A stretch of 64,000 bases of DNA, taken from NCBI GenBank assembly GCA_030141605.1, contig JAQGDQ010000043.1, forward strand, positions 806,001 through 870,000, in the 5' to 3' direction. The position numbers were made by a program, and so were the translations under genes. Within the stretch, counting starts at the first letter, position 1. Each line of letters starts with the position of its first letter. Below the pieces are notes generated by a model. That model did not search any database. It was not told the DNA's origin and was given only the letters and a program-made list of their open reading frames with translations. Shown here one piece after another: positions 23,501 through 38,500 of this stretch. Source of the DNA: Tubiluchus corallicola (Eukaryota > Animalia > Priapulida).

Positions 23501-26500
23501 TGCGCAGTAGTAAATTTATTTACTTAGCAGTATTGATTACTGGCAAAACTAGTTATAGTCAGGCTGACAGGTTTTTTTGACACTTCACAGTTGCAGTGAT
23601 TTGCCGTCTAAAATGTGCAAATTGTTTCCTCCGGGGACGAGCACTCGGGAATGCGACGAGAAAATGCAAAAAGTTTCTTTCAGTAAAACAAAATGCTGCT
23701 AGCATTCACAGAAAACAAATGTGAACCATTGGAAAACTAAAGTGCCACAATATAATAGTATCAAGTTATCAAAAACGCTGTCAAACTATGCTTCCCCTTG
23801 AGAGACTTCATCACTTTATAATGTGCTGCCAGCCAGTGAGTCATAACTGTTACAATCATCTTCGTCGTCATCTTTAGCATTACCATCGCTGCTGTCATCC
23901 ATCTCAAGTCCTGTTATGTCCAAACATGACACAGTTTAACTATTACTTATGAGAAAATTGTTTAAAAGCATTGACCAGTAAGATTTGATAACAAATATTT
24001 AGTAGCTATGACATGTTACTTGGTTGTTTAGATGAAACAATCTTTGAATAAATAAAATAAAGCATTCATCAGCAAAGTATACTCACTTGCAGACATGCAT
24101 GGAATGCACGTGAAGAAAAATTGACTACGACAGAATTAATGCAAACAAAAATGCCATCAACAACCTTCTCGGCAAAGCCATAACCACTCTGAACTCTGGA
24201 AAGATTACAAAAATTTATTAGAGGCTTATTTCTGATACGTTGAGGCTTTACATGTGGTTCACTATAAGTCACTAACTAATAATACTGCACAAGCACAACA
24301 CATATAATAGTCAGAAAACAAAAATTAAGTTTCATGTTCAAGATACACGAAACTACAGAATGACAGAACTAACTGTCTAATAAAAAATTCTTTATTTCTT
24401 CAAATTTTTCTATTAATACTTAATGGTCATTTTTAGGATGGTATCTATGAAAGTCGTTAACATGCGCCACACAGCACTTGCTGCCATAACATAAACAATT
24501 TTAAAACCAAAGATAATATAAACAGAAACTTTTGAATATTTCATTCATTGATACTGGATTGATTGTACTATTCTTGAAGTAGGTCAATTTGGAAAGGGCG
24601 AGCAAACACATGAATTTCTTTTAATAGCAAATCCAGCTTGTATTTCTCATTCTAACCATACAGGTAGTACTGTCTTTGTATATCTCATTCTAACCTTACA
24701 GGTACTACTGTCATTTCTTTCGTTAATGTTAATTAGCTATCAAACCTATTCCAAATCTCCTTGTTGATATCAGAATTGCCATTGGTAGCCCTGCTAATAA
24801 TTTACAAAATACACTTGAAGGACTAGAATTATAGAGCAATAAGCTTAATGAGGAATTATTGATTGGAATTAAGATGACACAGAGGTGTGATTGGCTTGCT
24901 GCACATTATTAACATGCCTTGATTTTATCACCCTGCATTACACAAACATGTGCCAATTACGTTGCTACAGCAGGTAACATTACTGCCTTTATTTTCACTG
25001 CTTCAACACACGTATTCTTGCATCCCTTGAACTTTCATATGTTGTGGTCCTAATATGAATCACATTTCTAATAGAATTAGGTAGTTTTGGTCTCCTTAAA
25101 GGTAACGTGAGTCCCTTAAAACTTGATAGCTTAATACTACGACTTATATCATATCATAAAAACTAGAGATTAATCAATGGCTCACAAAGTCACAAGCCAC
25201 ATTTTAAGTGAGAAAGCTTAAATTTTACGTTATTGGTTTTGAAAATTATGTGTCAAATACTCTAAGTCACAAATATTATCAGAGTAACAAAATGAAACAG
25301 TGGTATACTGAAGGCACTCAACCTTTTCTATTATAATTAAGTTATCAGTACTGATATGCTCGTTTAAGTTTACAAATATTTATGTAACTATATGTCTACT
25401 TTATAAAAAACCTTTTTGTGTTATCCCCTTTCTTTGTTTAGCCACATGTTACTCTTAAATGTATTATTTGCTGATTCTTGGTACAATACCATGATATTGA
25501 ATTGAAAGTAGTCAGGGTTAGATGTTAAATAGTTATTGCCCAAACTGCATTAAAGTTATTCAAATTCTACGATAAAGCAAATCAATAATTTTGCGAGTGG
25601 GGGAATTTAATGAAAAAGTAAATATATGAATAAAAAATAAATAAATGAGTGAAATGAAAACATACCAAAAGCTGTGAACCCAAGGCAAATATCAATTTAA
25701 AAATCTCCTTAATTTTGAATACAGAAAGACTCTAATTAACATGTTAAAGTCGTCTACTGTTTTATCACAAATCAGCTGATTGTATACTCATACTTTTTTT
25801 TACTAAACTGTGTTACTTTAAACTTTCTCAAGTTGGCTAGTAGCTAACAAGATAAATGTTGCTGTGCACTGAGATTTTGCTCGATACTCCATTAACATGC
25901 TTACCCCAAATTTGCTGGAGAATTCAGGGGTGACATTGGACGAAGATGCTCGCATGTCTCCATATCGATGACGACTTCATCTAAAAACTGAAGAAAACCA
26001 ACAGCATTAACGTAACGGCTGTGACAACCTACTTCAACTTCAAGTATTTTCTGCTGCGATGAAGTCAGCATCGCAAGATCAATTATACTACAGCACTGTT
26101 AATACAAAATCACAACTAAAAGTGTAGCAAAATATGTGATTAAAAACATTAGTTACAATTACATTTTCACAAAATCATTAATAAAAATTAATAGTACATT
26201 ATAAATTGAGTAATAACGATGAGCCAGTTTCCAGCAGCTGATTTCAATACGAGATTGGCCTAGCTCGTCAACGTTTGTGGGTAACCTTCACAAAACTTTC
26301 CAAGACGCATCAGATAAAACGTGCAATTTACATTCTGTAATATCCCTAATGAAAAGCTAGTCTGAAAAATGATTAAATTACCACTAGACCACCTGCAAAT
26401 GCTACAACTGTCAACATTGCAGAGAACATTTATATTACTCAACCAATAGCAATATTTACAGAGAGATGATAAAATTACTAAGAGAATAATGCAATATTGA

Positions 26501-29500
26501 AAATGCGAGCTAAAATTCTTGCAAAACGTTAGACAGACACTTAAAGAGTAACAGCAAACTCTTATAAATGTTGCGAGAAAATTTGGACAGAATGACAGGA
26601 CATAACGTCCTTGACCACAACATGCAAGTAAGCCTCTTAGGATTCAAGTTTGTACAAACTGCTTGGAATTCTGCATGGACACAATGAGTATCTTAATAAT
26701 CTAATTAAACACATACACTAAATTATACATATCAACAAAACATAGTCGCTTATTCTCAACCAAAACAGGGAGCGCTAAATCATTTTCATGTTAAAAAACA
26801 TTATTTGAATTCGGTGTGGCTTCATTTGGCAATTTCCAAAGACAAATCGTGACAGCGTAGGGTATCATGTAATAACAATAGCGTTCAATAATTCAATTAC
26901 TCATCTGAAGCAATTTATACTAAAGGGCAACATAAATCATAGCAGCCTATTAACTACAGTAATTTAATGACACATAATGTAGAAGTAATTTATCAACCAG
27001 GTGGAATAATTTTCCACAAATGAATGAAAATGTTCGGCAAAAAAGATTATTTCCTACAAATTGCTACACTGAAAAATAGAATTATCATCTCATTGATGCA
27101 CTGGCACACTCAGAGTTCATCGAAACATTTACTTGATGAATCCAATGCATTTTTCAGTAGGAAGCATCATCAATTAAAAGTTTTGATAAACCTCATTAAG
27201 AAACTTGCTAATAGAATTTTATTAATAGAAACCTTATTAATAGAATTTCTTAATAACACATAACATTCGGCATTCTGAAGTATTGAATTGTTAAAAAATT
27301 AAAAAATAAGTTATAAGGGTCTTTTTAGTTGATCTAATCAGTAGCTTTGTGTTTCATAACAAAATTTATAATTACTGAGAACTGACAATTTTTTTGCTGT
27401 TATAGGCACAAATGATGCAAAATTGAAATTTAACCTATCCATCTGTTTGAAGAGAATGAAACGGTGTAGTTGTCAGGCAGCGCCATTTTAAAAAAGCTGA
27501 AGCCAAATTCATTAAAAAGGATCAGCATCGATCTTAAACTTAATTTGAGAAAATTTACTTTTCTACTCAATAATCATTAGAAAAGTTTTGCACTTGACTA
27601 TTTTAAAGTTAAAGATCGTTGGACTTAAGACAAAAAGATCAAGTTCAGAAAGCAAAAACAGTTGAGCCTAAAGTTATATTATGAATTAGTAAACATAATT
27701 TACACAAAAGAATAATTTTCTATGGTAATCCAAAAATTAAGCCTCTTAATAGTTAATGGGACAATTGGGTAAGAGTAATTCAAGTAGCAGGTGTTTCTTT
27801 CTCTCAGTGGTAATTGATTTTATAATTAAACGGGGTCCGCCAGTTGTCGGCTGGAGAAAAATAGAAAGCAAAATAAAGGTGAAAAGGCTGATCAATTCAA
27901 TCGCATGCAGATTTGATTTCACGGTTTTCTCATTACACAAATGCATTTGTATGCACACATTACTGCAATCAAATTCCAGAGACGAGGATCCGCTGAGACA
28001 ACTAATATTGATTAAAACAGCTGCAACTCTTTGAAAAAATGACGAGCACTGATTACTAAATGCTTTAACGGTTCAGTGAGAAAATGGAATCCTCACTGGC
28101 ATGGCTCTATGAGAACAGCTGTTACAAATTTTAGAATACCAACTAGTCAAATTTTCAGAAAAATGGAACCGTGAAGGGTGCAACATAGGCAGTCGTATCA
28201 ATTTTACTATGTTGAACCCGAAAAACTGTTGCCAGCCTCAAAAATTACCTGAAAATGCTCAAAAATGCAAAAAACAAAATGGCCACCAAATTTTTGCGTA
28301 AACGATATAATTCAAAAATTCAAAAAGAAAGGTAATATTAAAAGACGATGATGACATGTATCCAGGCTAGTTGGACCTAAAGAATCCATTCATGTTACTT
28401 TTACTTCAAAAATAACTGCTATTTTCAAATGAGGAAAATGACGATTAGTATCAAGTGTCTAAGACAGTAACAGAAGCATTTTTATCTCTAAAGAACTACT
28501 AGAGCTGAGCAGCCCAATTGAACTCATGCTTGTGCTTGAACGTTTTGTTGTACTTATTTATGACAAAGCTAGTACACTGATGTCAGTTGACAATTAAAAA
28601 AGCATGTAAAAACTTGTTCACAAGAAAGGAAGTCTATGGAGGCAAATTCTTTAATATCTGCCGCACTGTTGCAGCACAACAGACACGTAGTATCAGGACG
28701 GAAACTGTTCGGCCAAGCAATTGATCACTATTTCAGCTTTACCATCATCATTTGACTGGGACTGGAAGAAGTCTACTGACGTGACATGAGACCCACTATG
28801 GACATCAACACTTGACATTGTGTACAAATGTATAGCATTATACTCATTAATTATACGGTGAATGTGGCAAATTGTTTTAGACTAATCCTATATACCAGGA
28901 TCTATAAACTCTGATTTGAACTGTTTGTTTCTTATTGCTGGCTTCTCTTCATCAGTCCCTATACTGAATGTGTACGTGCATGCGCAATATTGTTGACATT
29001 GTTACACTTCACTATGAATGATGATGATGATGGCGGTGATGATCATGATGATGATGATAATAACAATAATACCCTAAATCTCTGACATTTAAAACCTATA
29101 ATTAAATACTAAAATCACTGCCCTATCTCTAACAGACCATACATTTTAGCTTATATATTACACAAGCAGGTATCTTTGCCAACCATACTGAAATCCTAAA
29201 TAGGTCATGTCGTAGGTATTTTTAAGCATCAGCTGTGGATTTCTTAACCTTTGAAACCATATTAAAGGCCAAAATCATTATCTTATCTGATTGAAAACAG
29301 TTAAGATATAGCCTTTACATGTTAGTGACAAAAATCTTGTTGGTCATCATTAAACAATGGCCATATTGGAGGACTTTTGATTGATATCATATCCAAAATT
29401 AGCCCCTTGGTAGATTCTAGCATTGTGCAAAGCTTCACAGTTTTTACGCAAAATAAGCAGTTTTCCACCATTCAACTGTAGCATATATGCCACGAGCCTT

Positions 29501-32500
29501 GTAGCCATTTTGTTTTGTGTTTACTGAACTTTGTATACTTCTCGGGCCCAATAGTGGATTTTTAGAAACAGAATATCGTATTAATAAAAATAATTTGCTT
29601 TTTGTTTTTATAATAAAATTTTAGGCCTACATAAAGCAGTTAATATGACTGCATGATTGGCATAATTTCCTTTTATGTGGCAGCCATTTGAAAACAGCAA
29701 CCATTTTTGAAATAAAAATAAAGAAACTGATTCTTTGGACCCAACTACTCTGGAATAGATGTCATAATAAATTCCTAATATTATTTTTCTTTGAATTTCA
29801 TTTGACTTACATATAGTTTGTGCAAAAACTTGGTACCAATTTCGTTTTTTTTTTGCATTTTTGACCATTTTTTGACAGTCTCTTTCAGATTCAGCATAGT
29901 CGAATTGATAAGGCTAACTCTGTTGCCCACTTTTAGCAAAAAAGCCACCAGTATTTTACAGGAGCACCTTTTCAGGACTTTCTTCTAGTGTATAGAGAAG
30001 AATGTATAGAGAACAATGCATTGTACAAGAGATTTATCACAAAGCAAAATCCGTGTATGGTTTGGTATATATCTTTTCTGATGTTGATGTTTGTGTTAGC
30101 ATATCCAGTTTTAGGAAATGACAAAATCACAATGAAATTTAGTTAAATTTATAAATGATAATCTCAATGAGTGTAAATCTCATCATAAACCTGTTTTAAA
30201 ATGTTATTTTCGTTTGCGTTGTGTCTCATAACATACATTTTGCAATATACAACTAATAATAACTTTTTATTATTGTTATAAATGGTACAAAAATAAATAC
30301 TTACTATGCAGATGGGTTGACTTTTCAACTTTGTCCATTGTATCTGAAAAATTAATAAAATCGACGACTAAATTACTATTATTAAATCAGATTTAAAGCA
30401 AATAATGAAAGCAAAATGATTACACAACAATAAAATGTCCTGTTTTACTAGCTGATGTCCAAAATAGCAAATCACTCATAGAAATTTCAGAAAAGATAAA
30501 TACGAATTGAAGACTAAAAATATAATGGATATAATGCGCGCTGTAAAGTGCTATAATCCATCTTAACATGTTTCAGCACTATAAATATCGAATTAATTGA
30601 TTAATGAACTAATTAATAAACATTTTACAAATTTACGGAGACATATAAGTAATGATGGCGATAATAATAAAAAATGGCTTCACTAAAATGTATTTTTAAG
30701 TCATCACAGCAGATGCCAGAAAGAATTTTAATTTTTCCTTTGTAAAAATTATCGATTTTGTTGTAGTCTGCAAACGTTACAAGTTTGTTCTGATCACTCA
30801 CGTAACAGTAAGTATAATGAAAAGACCTAATTTAATCTCTGATACAGTATAACTTCTGCACCAGGCAAATCTAATCGAGTCGGATAACGCCAACAATTTG
30901 GCGGCTTTTACAATGTTGATTATCGTCGCACAACATTATGGTTTTAGCATTATTTTACGTCCAGCGTCACTTTACGCGGACTTCATTATGGCAAGTTACG
31001 ACATAAACCCACTAAATAACAAATTGTCGGCAGGACTACTTTAGAACCAGCGCTATTAGTATTTATTAAAGTAAAGATCGCAAGTGTTAAACTTGCAACG
31101 AATTTAATTCACGCACCATCAGAACAAGGGGGGAGAAAACAGCCCAAGCTTTCAAATGTTGTAGTCAATCATAGTTTGTCATTCCAGATTGTTACGTGAG
31201 TTGAATATAATATGAAATACTTTAAGCCACCAAAATATGCAAAAATATATGCACAATGTCAGTAATGTGACATTGACCTTTCCCCATAGACCCAGAAACA
31301 GTAGCCTTCTATGTAATGAGAAGAATCGACCCTAAACTGCTTATATTTTATTACATAACATCAGTGCTCAGTGAGTTAGACTTTGACTCCCAAAACATAG
31401 GGGTTCAAGGGTAGTTTACGAGTTCTGCAATTCTATGGATGCAAGCATTCATTACAGCACTTGCTATGATTCAAATCCGAATCCTAACCTTAGTATGGAA
31501 TACCATGAGTAGTGAATACCATGGTCTAGAGTAAACACATGCCGACTACTCATATAAGGAATTGCTTGTACATATTTCTGCTATAGCCTGAAGCAATCAC
31601 ATCAAAACTGCATTGATGTTTTCCTGGAATGCACGTCATTAACACATTGCAGTCTGGAGTAATTATGTCTTTACTATTTTGATAATGCTTTCTTCAAATC
31701 CACATCAAGCAGCGCACCGTGGTTGAGAGCAGCTACATCCTAACTACTCTATTAATGGTTCCCGGAAAACTTTTTGCCACTGTCGTTTCTATTTGAAGTA
31801 GCTAAACCATTGCAGCTAAGTGGACTTGAAAGTTGTAATACGAGCAAGATCATGTGTACATTGGTGCTTATTCGCATTCGTCCATGGCGACTATAACAAT
31901 CAAATTTAAAGCCAAATTACTCGCCGCGTCGAGTTTACTCATCGCTCAATAAACAGAAGCCCCGGCTGAAATGCTGAGCTTCGTGTTAACATTGAACTGG
32001 CTTCAGTTTTATAAGACTCGCTAAACAATGTACACTGATAAACAAACATGAAAACTAACGTGACATACTTTAGAAATTCAAAATGAAATAGACCACTGAA
32101 ATATACTAAAACGGAAAATGGAAAAGATCTTTCTGTGCCTGACAGGCAGGACTTTCTGTACCAAGGTGCTACAAGCTGGCCACAACCATCTAATACTTTG
32201 TGCATCCTACCAACTAGATAAATGATTGGTTGAAATAATTTCACTCAGTCAACTGCAAATTCACTGGATTTCGTTGCAAACTAGCGCGACTGCCTTGGTA
32301 CCTCTCTTACAACGTGTTTTATCAAAGATTCATTTGCAATCAATGAAATTGAGAAATGTACCAAATTCCCCGATTAAGCAGCTTTAGATTAACACACCCA
32401 CGTTACATGTTAGCAGAGACACGCAGGTGCTGACAACTGTCAATAGTTTGCTTTTATTTACCAAAAATATAAAATTTATTTTTTTGTATTTGTGTTTTTT

Positions 32501-35500
32501 AACTTGGAGCATTTTTGGTAAAAAAGTACATCTAAGTTGATATTTGCAAAACTGAGAAGTTATCTGTAAACATTCAGTAAAGGCGTTCAGGATCACTCAA
32601 GACCTCACCATCGTCTATGCTGGCAACCAAACCGTGTTTCAATGATTTAGTACCGATATTGACATAAATTGACCAATGCTCACGTATCGACAGGCTTGTT
32701 GACAGAAACCGATATGGCACTCGACCATATAGAGGACCATATTTGGGTATCCTAGTTTGATATGATAACGCGTGCTGAGTGAAGCCATGTGTGTATTGAT
32801 TAGGCTTGGCGAAATAGAAGATCTCTTATTGATTGATGCTTTGCTGTATTCTTGCTTACCTCAGACTATAGCCTCTATCACAACATTACACCTCACTGAG
32901 GGGCGGGTAACTTAACTCGTTCATTTTCTCATTACCTGCGTGAAGCGGCATTTAACGTTAATCATTGGCGTTGGGCTTTTTCTCTGCACCCATAAACCAA
33001 GGCTGCTCACAGTAAATGTTAACTATGATAACGGGACGTTACTAGCACTGACGCGATGCTTGCTCAATTGCCTCAATGAACGTGGATCTGCGTTACCTGG
33101 ATACCTGTGATAACCATTATCAATACAATAACTTTATGACTGTATATATCCGTTTTAGCATAACTGCATTGCCATGCGTTACGTAGTTTTTCTATTAGGA
33201 GAACGACTGTCCTATTGTTAATGACAGTATTAGGAACCTTTACATATATCAGAAGCCTCACATTCCAGCAACATTACAATAGCAAATTTAATAAGTAATT
33301 CCTAAACCTCATGAATTACTGCATCCACATTACTACAAAAGTATTTAAAGAATTAGTCTAAGACAGGCTTTTACAATTTTAATTCTCAGAAAGGAAGCTT
33401 TCAACACCTTTAGACTTTTCATCCTAAATCGTTTTTTCTAAAATAGGGCAACACAGCCAGTTTTGTCAATTTGACCATGTTTAAATAAAAAAACGCCCCT
33501 TGTCAGTTCCTCTAGTCCCTCGACCAAAAATTAGCGGAAAGGCGTCAAAAACGCAAACAATGGCCGCCAAATCTTCTGTGCAAACATATAAAAGAAATTC
33601 CCAGAAAATTAACATTAAAGAGCGGATTATGACCATGGTAGACAGGTCAAAGGAATCCATTTATGCTAGTTTCACTTCAAAATTGGCCACCATGTTCAAA
33701 ATGACAACCACACAAAACAAAATCATGCTAATCATGCAATTATGTGTTTCTCACACCTACACATTTGCTACATAAATAAAAAGCATTTTTATTAAGTCGA
33801 CCTTGGCGAACTTGCTGAACATAATAAGCCGATACTAGGTCCCAATCCCGATACAATTCGACTTATACAGTCCAATAAACAAAAAATGACCTGACACATG
33901 TGGGATCATATATGGGTTCCAGGCATATGCAATCTAGCAGAATCGTTAAAAACTCGCTCATTTTGCCTAAAAAATGATGAAACCGCATTATGAATGCAAA
34001 ATTTTCACATTTTTTATCAGTCAAGTTTTGTATGAAATTTAACTAATTGTGGGTTCACACCATCATTAATAGACCTCATAATCTTCTTGATATTAAGATT
34101 ATAATAATTAATTAATTACCCAGAGAAATGTCACACTCAAAATTAATCAAAATATTAAAAAAAATCTAATTAGTTAGTATCACTTTAGTGCAAGAGTGCA
34201 AGCAATTTAAAGATGGAAATGCTGAATTTGATTGGCCTGCTATAAGGGATGAACTTTATGCTTAAATTTGATTTGCCAGCTATAAGAGATGACTTTGAGC
34301 TGGCTTGACCACTGGGAAAAAAGGTAGCCAAACATTGTGCAGAAGCAGCAGATATTTAATCCAGGCTGTGTTCCAACCTTTTCACATTACCTGTCTTTCA
34401 AGCTTGGTATTTATTTAATCGTGGGCTTGTATTATCAGTAATAATAATCTTGACATTAAGATTGCAATGTTAATAAAAAATACTGAAATATCGCCAATAT
34501 AAAGTTAGAATTCAAAGAGACAAGTATAATGTATTGTATCTGATTCAACTCATCAGAAAGTTGGACTTTAACACACACTAAAGAGCGGCGTTATTTGGTT
34601 CCCAAAGTTATGTCAATGTCAATGGGACTCACTAGCACTACGTATCTGAAGCCAACATTAAAGATTAAGAGGCTTACTTCCGGGGCTCCCGTTAAAATGG
34701 TAGTACTTATTGCCAATTCAAGGTTAAAAGCTATACTGATGAAATTGCAAATATATTGCCCTTGACTCAAAGCTCATTACAGAATCGTCAGAGCAGGAAA
34801 ATGATCTAGCACATTCCAATATAAAGGCATTGTTTAAAAGAGATGGAGTGTTGGAGAGGGAAGGACGAGAACCGGGAAAAAGCAGAGGATTACAGCTCTA
34901 ACGTTCAATGTTCAATCATTCCAAGCATTTTCTAGGCCATATAGGTTACGTGAAAATCAATACAAGACATTCTTGCATCGAAAGTTCTCATTTGGTGCTC
35001 AAAACCTTACCGTAAAGCAGTACTAAAGATAAAATATGACTGAGCGTCAAAAAGTAGTTTAGACATTGCTGATAACGATATCACATTTAGAACCCGACGA
35101 AAAGCTTCGCACGCGGAACATTAAGATGTATAATTTTGACGTGACATGGTATCACGAGCGCATTCAGAGCACAAAAAACTCCTTGCGTCATAAAACTTAC
35201 TACATAAAGCTAAAGAAATTCTTTTTGAAATTTTGTATCACATACATGCCGCTTTATTGCATACAGGAGTTGCGTTAACAGCAACGCTGTATAAAACTTG
35301 AAAATTTAAATTTGCGCAATGACCATTTAAATATGTACAGCTATTTTGACCGTAGGCCATTTGAAACAAGTTTAGACAATGTTGGGTAAAGTTTGAAAAA
35401 ATAATCACACTTCATTAATAAAGTAAAAATATAAATTACAGTAAGTTGTTAATAAAAATTTAAAATACGTTTTTTGTGAGTCAGTAATGTACACTCGGAA

Positions 35501-38500
35501 GGCGAGTCAGTGACATTTTACCATATAGCACGAATATTTTAAATTACTAAGAATCTCCTTTTCTAGTTACATAAGTCTGGCTTAGAAACAGGTAAACGCA
35601 ATGCTAAGTAGTATAACTTTGTGTGGAAAATTTTTTGGGGCATACTATAAAATTGCCTTTTCTTCTCCTTTAACAATGCACGCGCATGTGTGGTAAAACA
35701 CAAATAAAATGTTACTGCATAAGAATTTTTCTCGCTGAATTTACATAAGCTACATCAGAATACACATCAGAGACGGCCAAACACAATTTTCGAATATATC
35801 CGGTAAACAGGCAGTCAATTTACTTATTAAACTGTAACTGCATGGAAATTACGAGTCCACTCCTGTATGGTATTTCATAGGGCTGTATGAATAACATAAG
35901 TACGACGGTGTGCAGACATTTGGATCATTCGCCACAAACATTTTAACACATCGGTCATTTGGACACAAGATACTTTGGGCACACAGGTAATTTGGAAACT
36001 GTAACTCTGTAGAAACTATACATCTGTAGTCTAGCTTGTATGAACAATAGGCATGCCAAGTACTCTCACGAATCGAGTTATGCTGCAAGTAAGCTGCTAA
36101 CCACAACTTTCTGGGTTAATATTAGCTTTCTAGCCAAATTTCATGAAATTATATTTAGCCTAAGTTAGGAGTAAGACATTCCAACCATCCCGCTTTGACG
36201 GGAGACTCGATTTTAATCGTAATCTCCCTTTCTCCACATTTTGAAAGATTTCTCCTGATTTTCTACCAATTGTTATTTCACCGTAAAAATCGAAACAAAA
36301 CACGATCGCACTAAGGAGAAAACATGACTTATCGTGCCACACAAGTTAGAAGCAAGACGTAGGTGCGTGGCTGTACAAAAATTATACAGCAGCCAAATTT
36401 TAGAGTTTTAGACAGTGACCAATAATTTGACTTAAAGATTTAAAGCTTTTCTTGTTTGGGACTTCATTTGCATATTCGAAAAAATGACACAAAGGTTTTT
36501 CTGTCTAAAATTGCAGGGAGCACTTCTTTAAGGAGTTAAAAGTGCTGTCTCAAAGGCATTTCTACTTAGTTTTCAGTTTTCTTTTCCTTTTGAACCTCGC
36601 TATAAGTCAGACAGTATACCCGGCCTGCTCAGGGCCTCAGGCTCAAACCATCGACAGCAAAGTGCAGGGAACAAACTGTTATGCTGCCTAGTTGTGCAGT
36701 TTTTTCGTCGTTCTAATCACATCTAAGAATTCACTGTGTTCTTACAATTTTATCTGTTAGAAAACGTAAAAATGGACCTATTTGTCAGAAGCATTATTTG
36801 AAACGCACATCAAATACAGACAACCTAGCAGAGAGATATTTAAAAAACAAAAATAATTAAAAAATAGAAAATTAACCACCATGAAATAATAAAACATCCC
36901 AGCATGAGATACCAGTGACGTCACGCTAAAACCTTTGCATGTTGTACCTCGTTACGAATATGTTTTCATCTAAAAATGTAATGCACTGAAGTAGGTGTGG
37001 ACGAAGCTACAGTTTAAGGTTAGTATTAAAAATCATGGCCGCTTTGAAAAACGTTCGTAAATACTACTAACTGATGGAGTAGTAGCAAGGCTGTCAATAC
37101 GGTGCGACACGAAATTACGATATGGTACGAAAAAAGAACTGTTAAAAGTACGGTATGAAATTACGATATTTTTGTACCCTTTCCGTACCTTTATCCTACC
37201 CTTTTCGTACTACCTTACTCAGCTTCTTGTACAAGGTTTTCATTAGTCAGCAACTCAGGGTTATTTTACCTCTTGGGTGGGGACTTACTGCTCTCCCCTA
37301 ATTAACGCAGAGCACACGCAATTAAAACAAGTAAATTGGTTCGCTTTGGATTCAAAAGCAGCAAGTTGTTCAGAAACGTCGCTTGTCATTTCCCGTAAAT
37401 CACCTTACCTTTATTGTTGTATGTAAACAAACTGGGACTATTGCTTACCATGTTTGTCACCTATTCGTGTAACACCACTGCTCTATCTGCCATTTCTGGG
37501 AATTGTAAAGAAATGCACTGCCGTGCACGGTAAAAATCGCGCCTTTTTTCCTGCGCCATTTTTACCTGTGCCGTTTTTATCTACATTCGTTTTTGTTTCA
37601 ACGTTTCCTCGGCTTAGCTTGAGGGCAACATCTGAGCTAAAAATTTGCTTTTACCAACGATAGCAATTCGAGACGTACCGACCCAACACGTTAAATTGCG
37701 TAGCCTGCGTACTGTTACAAAAATTTTTTAGACAAGTCACTAAATTTGGATCATCATTAAAAATTTGTCACTAGTGAGCGCGTAATTTAAGACAAATCTA
37801 GTTAATGACCGTAACTCATCATGTCTGCCACAAAATTACTTATTAAAGAAAGAAACTCAAAATAATTCTATATCAGTGGCATAATTTTGTGTACCTTTGT
37901 TCGGAAGTGAACGGAAGTTCAACAGCAGTTCTGTTTTTACATTACGCATAATTTCATAGCAATAAAACGTAAATTTATCGTTTTTACAATTAACGTTTAT
38001 GCCACTCTTTTATCTTTTTATCCTACATGCACTTGGTGCGGAATTACGGTACAGTATTTTATCGTACTATGTAGTATGATACGATTCGATTTTGTAGGTA
38101 CGGTGCGGAATTACGGTACATTATTTTATCGTACTATGTAGTATGATACGATTCGATTTTGTAGGTACGGTGCGGAATTACGGTACAGTATTTTTAAAGG
38201 TACGAAGTACGGTATTTTTTTTTCGTACTGTACCGTACTGCCAGCCTTGCGTACCAGGCACATTTTGTACTATTAATGCTTGTATGTTGGATCAATTTTG
38301 CGCCTGCAGTTATTTCTCATCTTACTAAATAACATTGACGAAAACACTAACTGCATGCACTTAATCACAGCTGATACCTCACTGTTCTTTGTTGTCCTGA
38401 AAAGGATTTGAATAGTGACTTTGTACAAATCCAAAAGTGAACAACCCATTGTTAGTCACCAGCTAAAAAGTGAATATATTTTTCTCTTGAAAGATGCCAT

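Noticed and set aside
23820-23920. Acidic minus-strand peptide (MDDSSDGNAKDDDEDD) as an exon
   Set aside because: No compatible splice sites, and exons 5 and 6 join in frame; probably a transposon remnant.
38035-38195. Regularly spaced repeats resembling a CRISPR array
   Set aside because: The whole 67-bp unit repeats with no unique spacers; it sits in a MITE in eukaryotic DNA with no cas genes.
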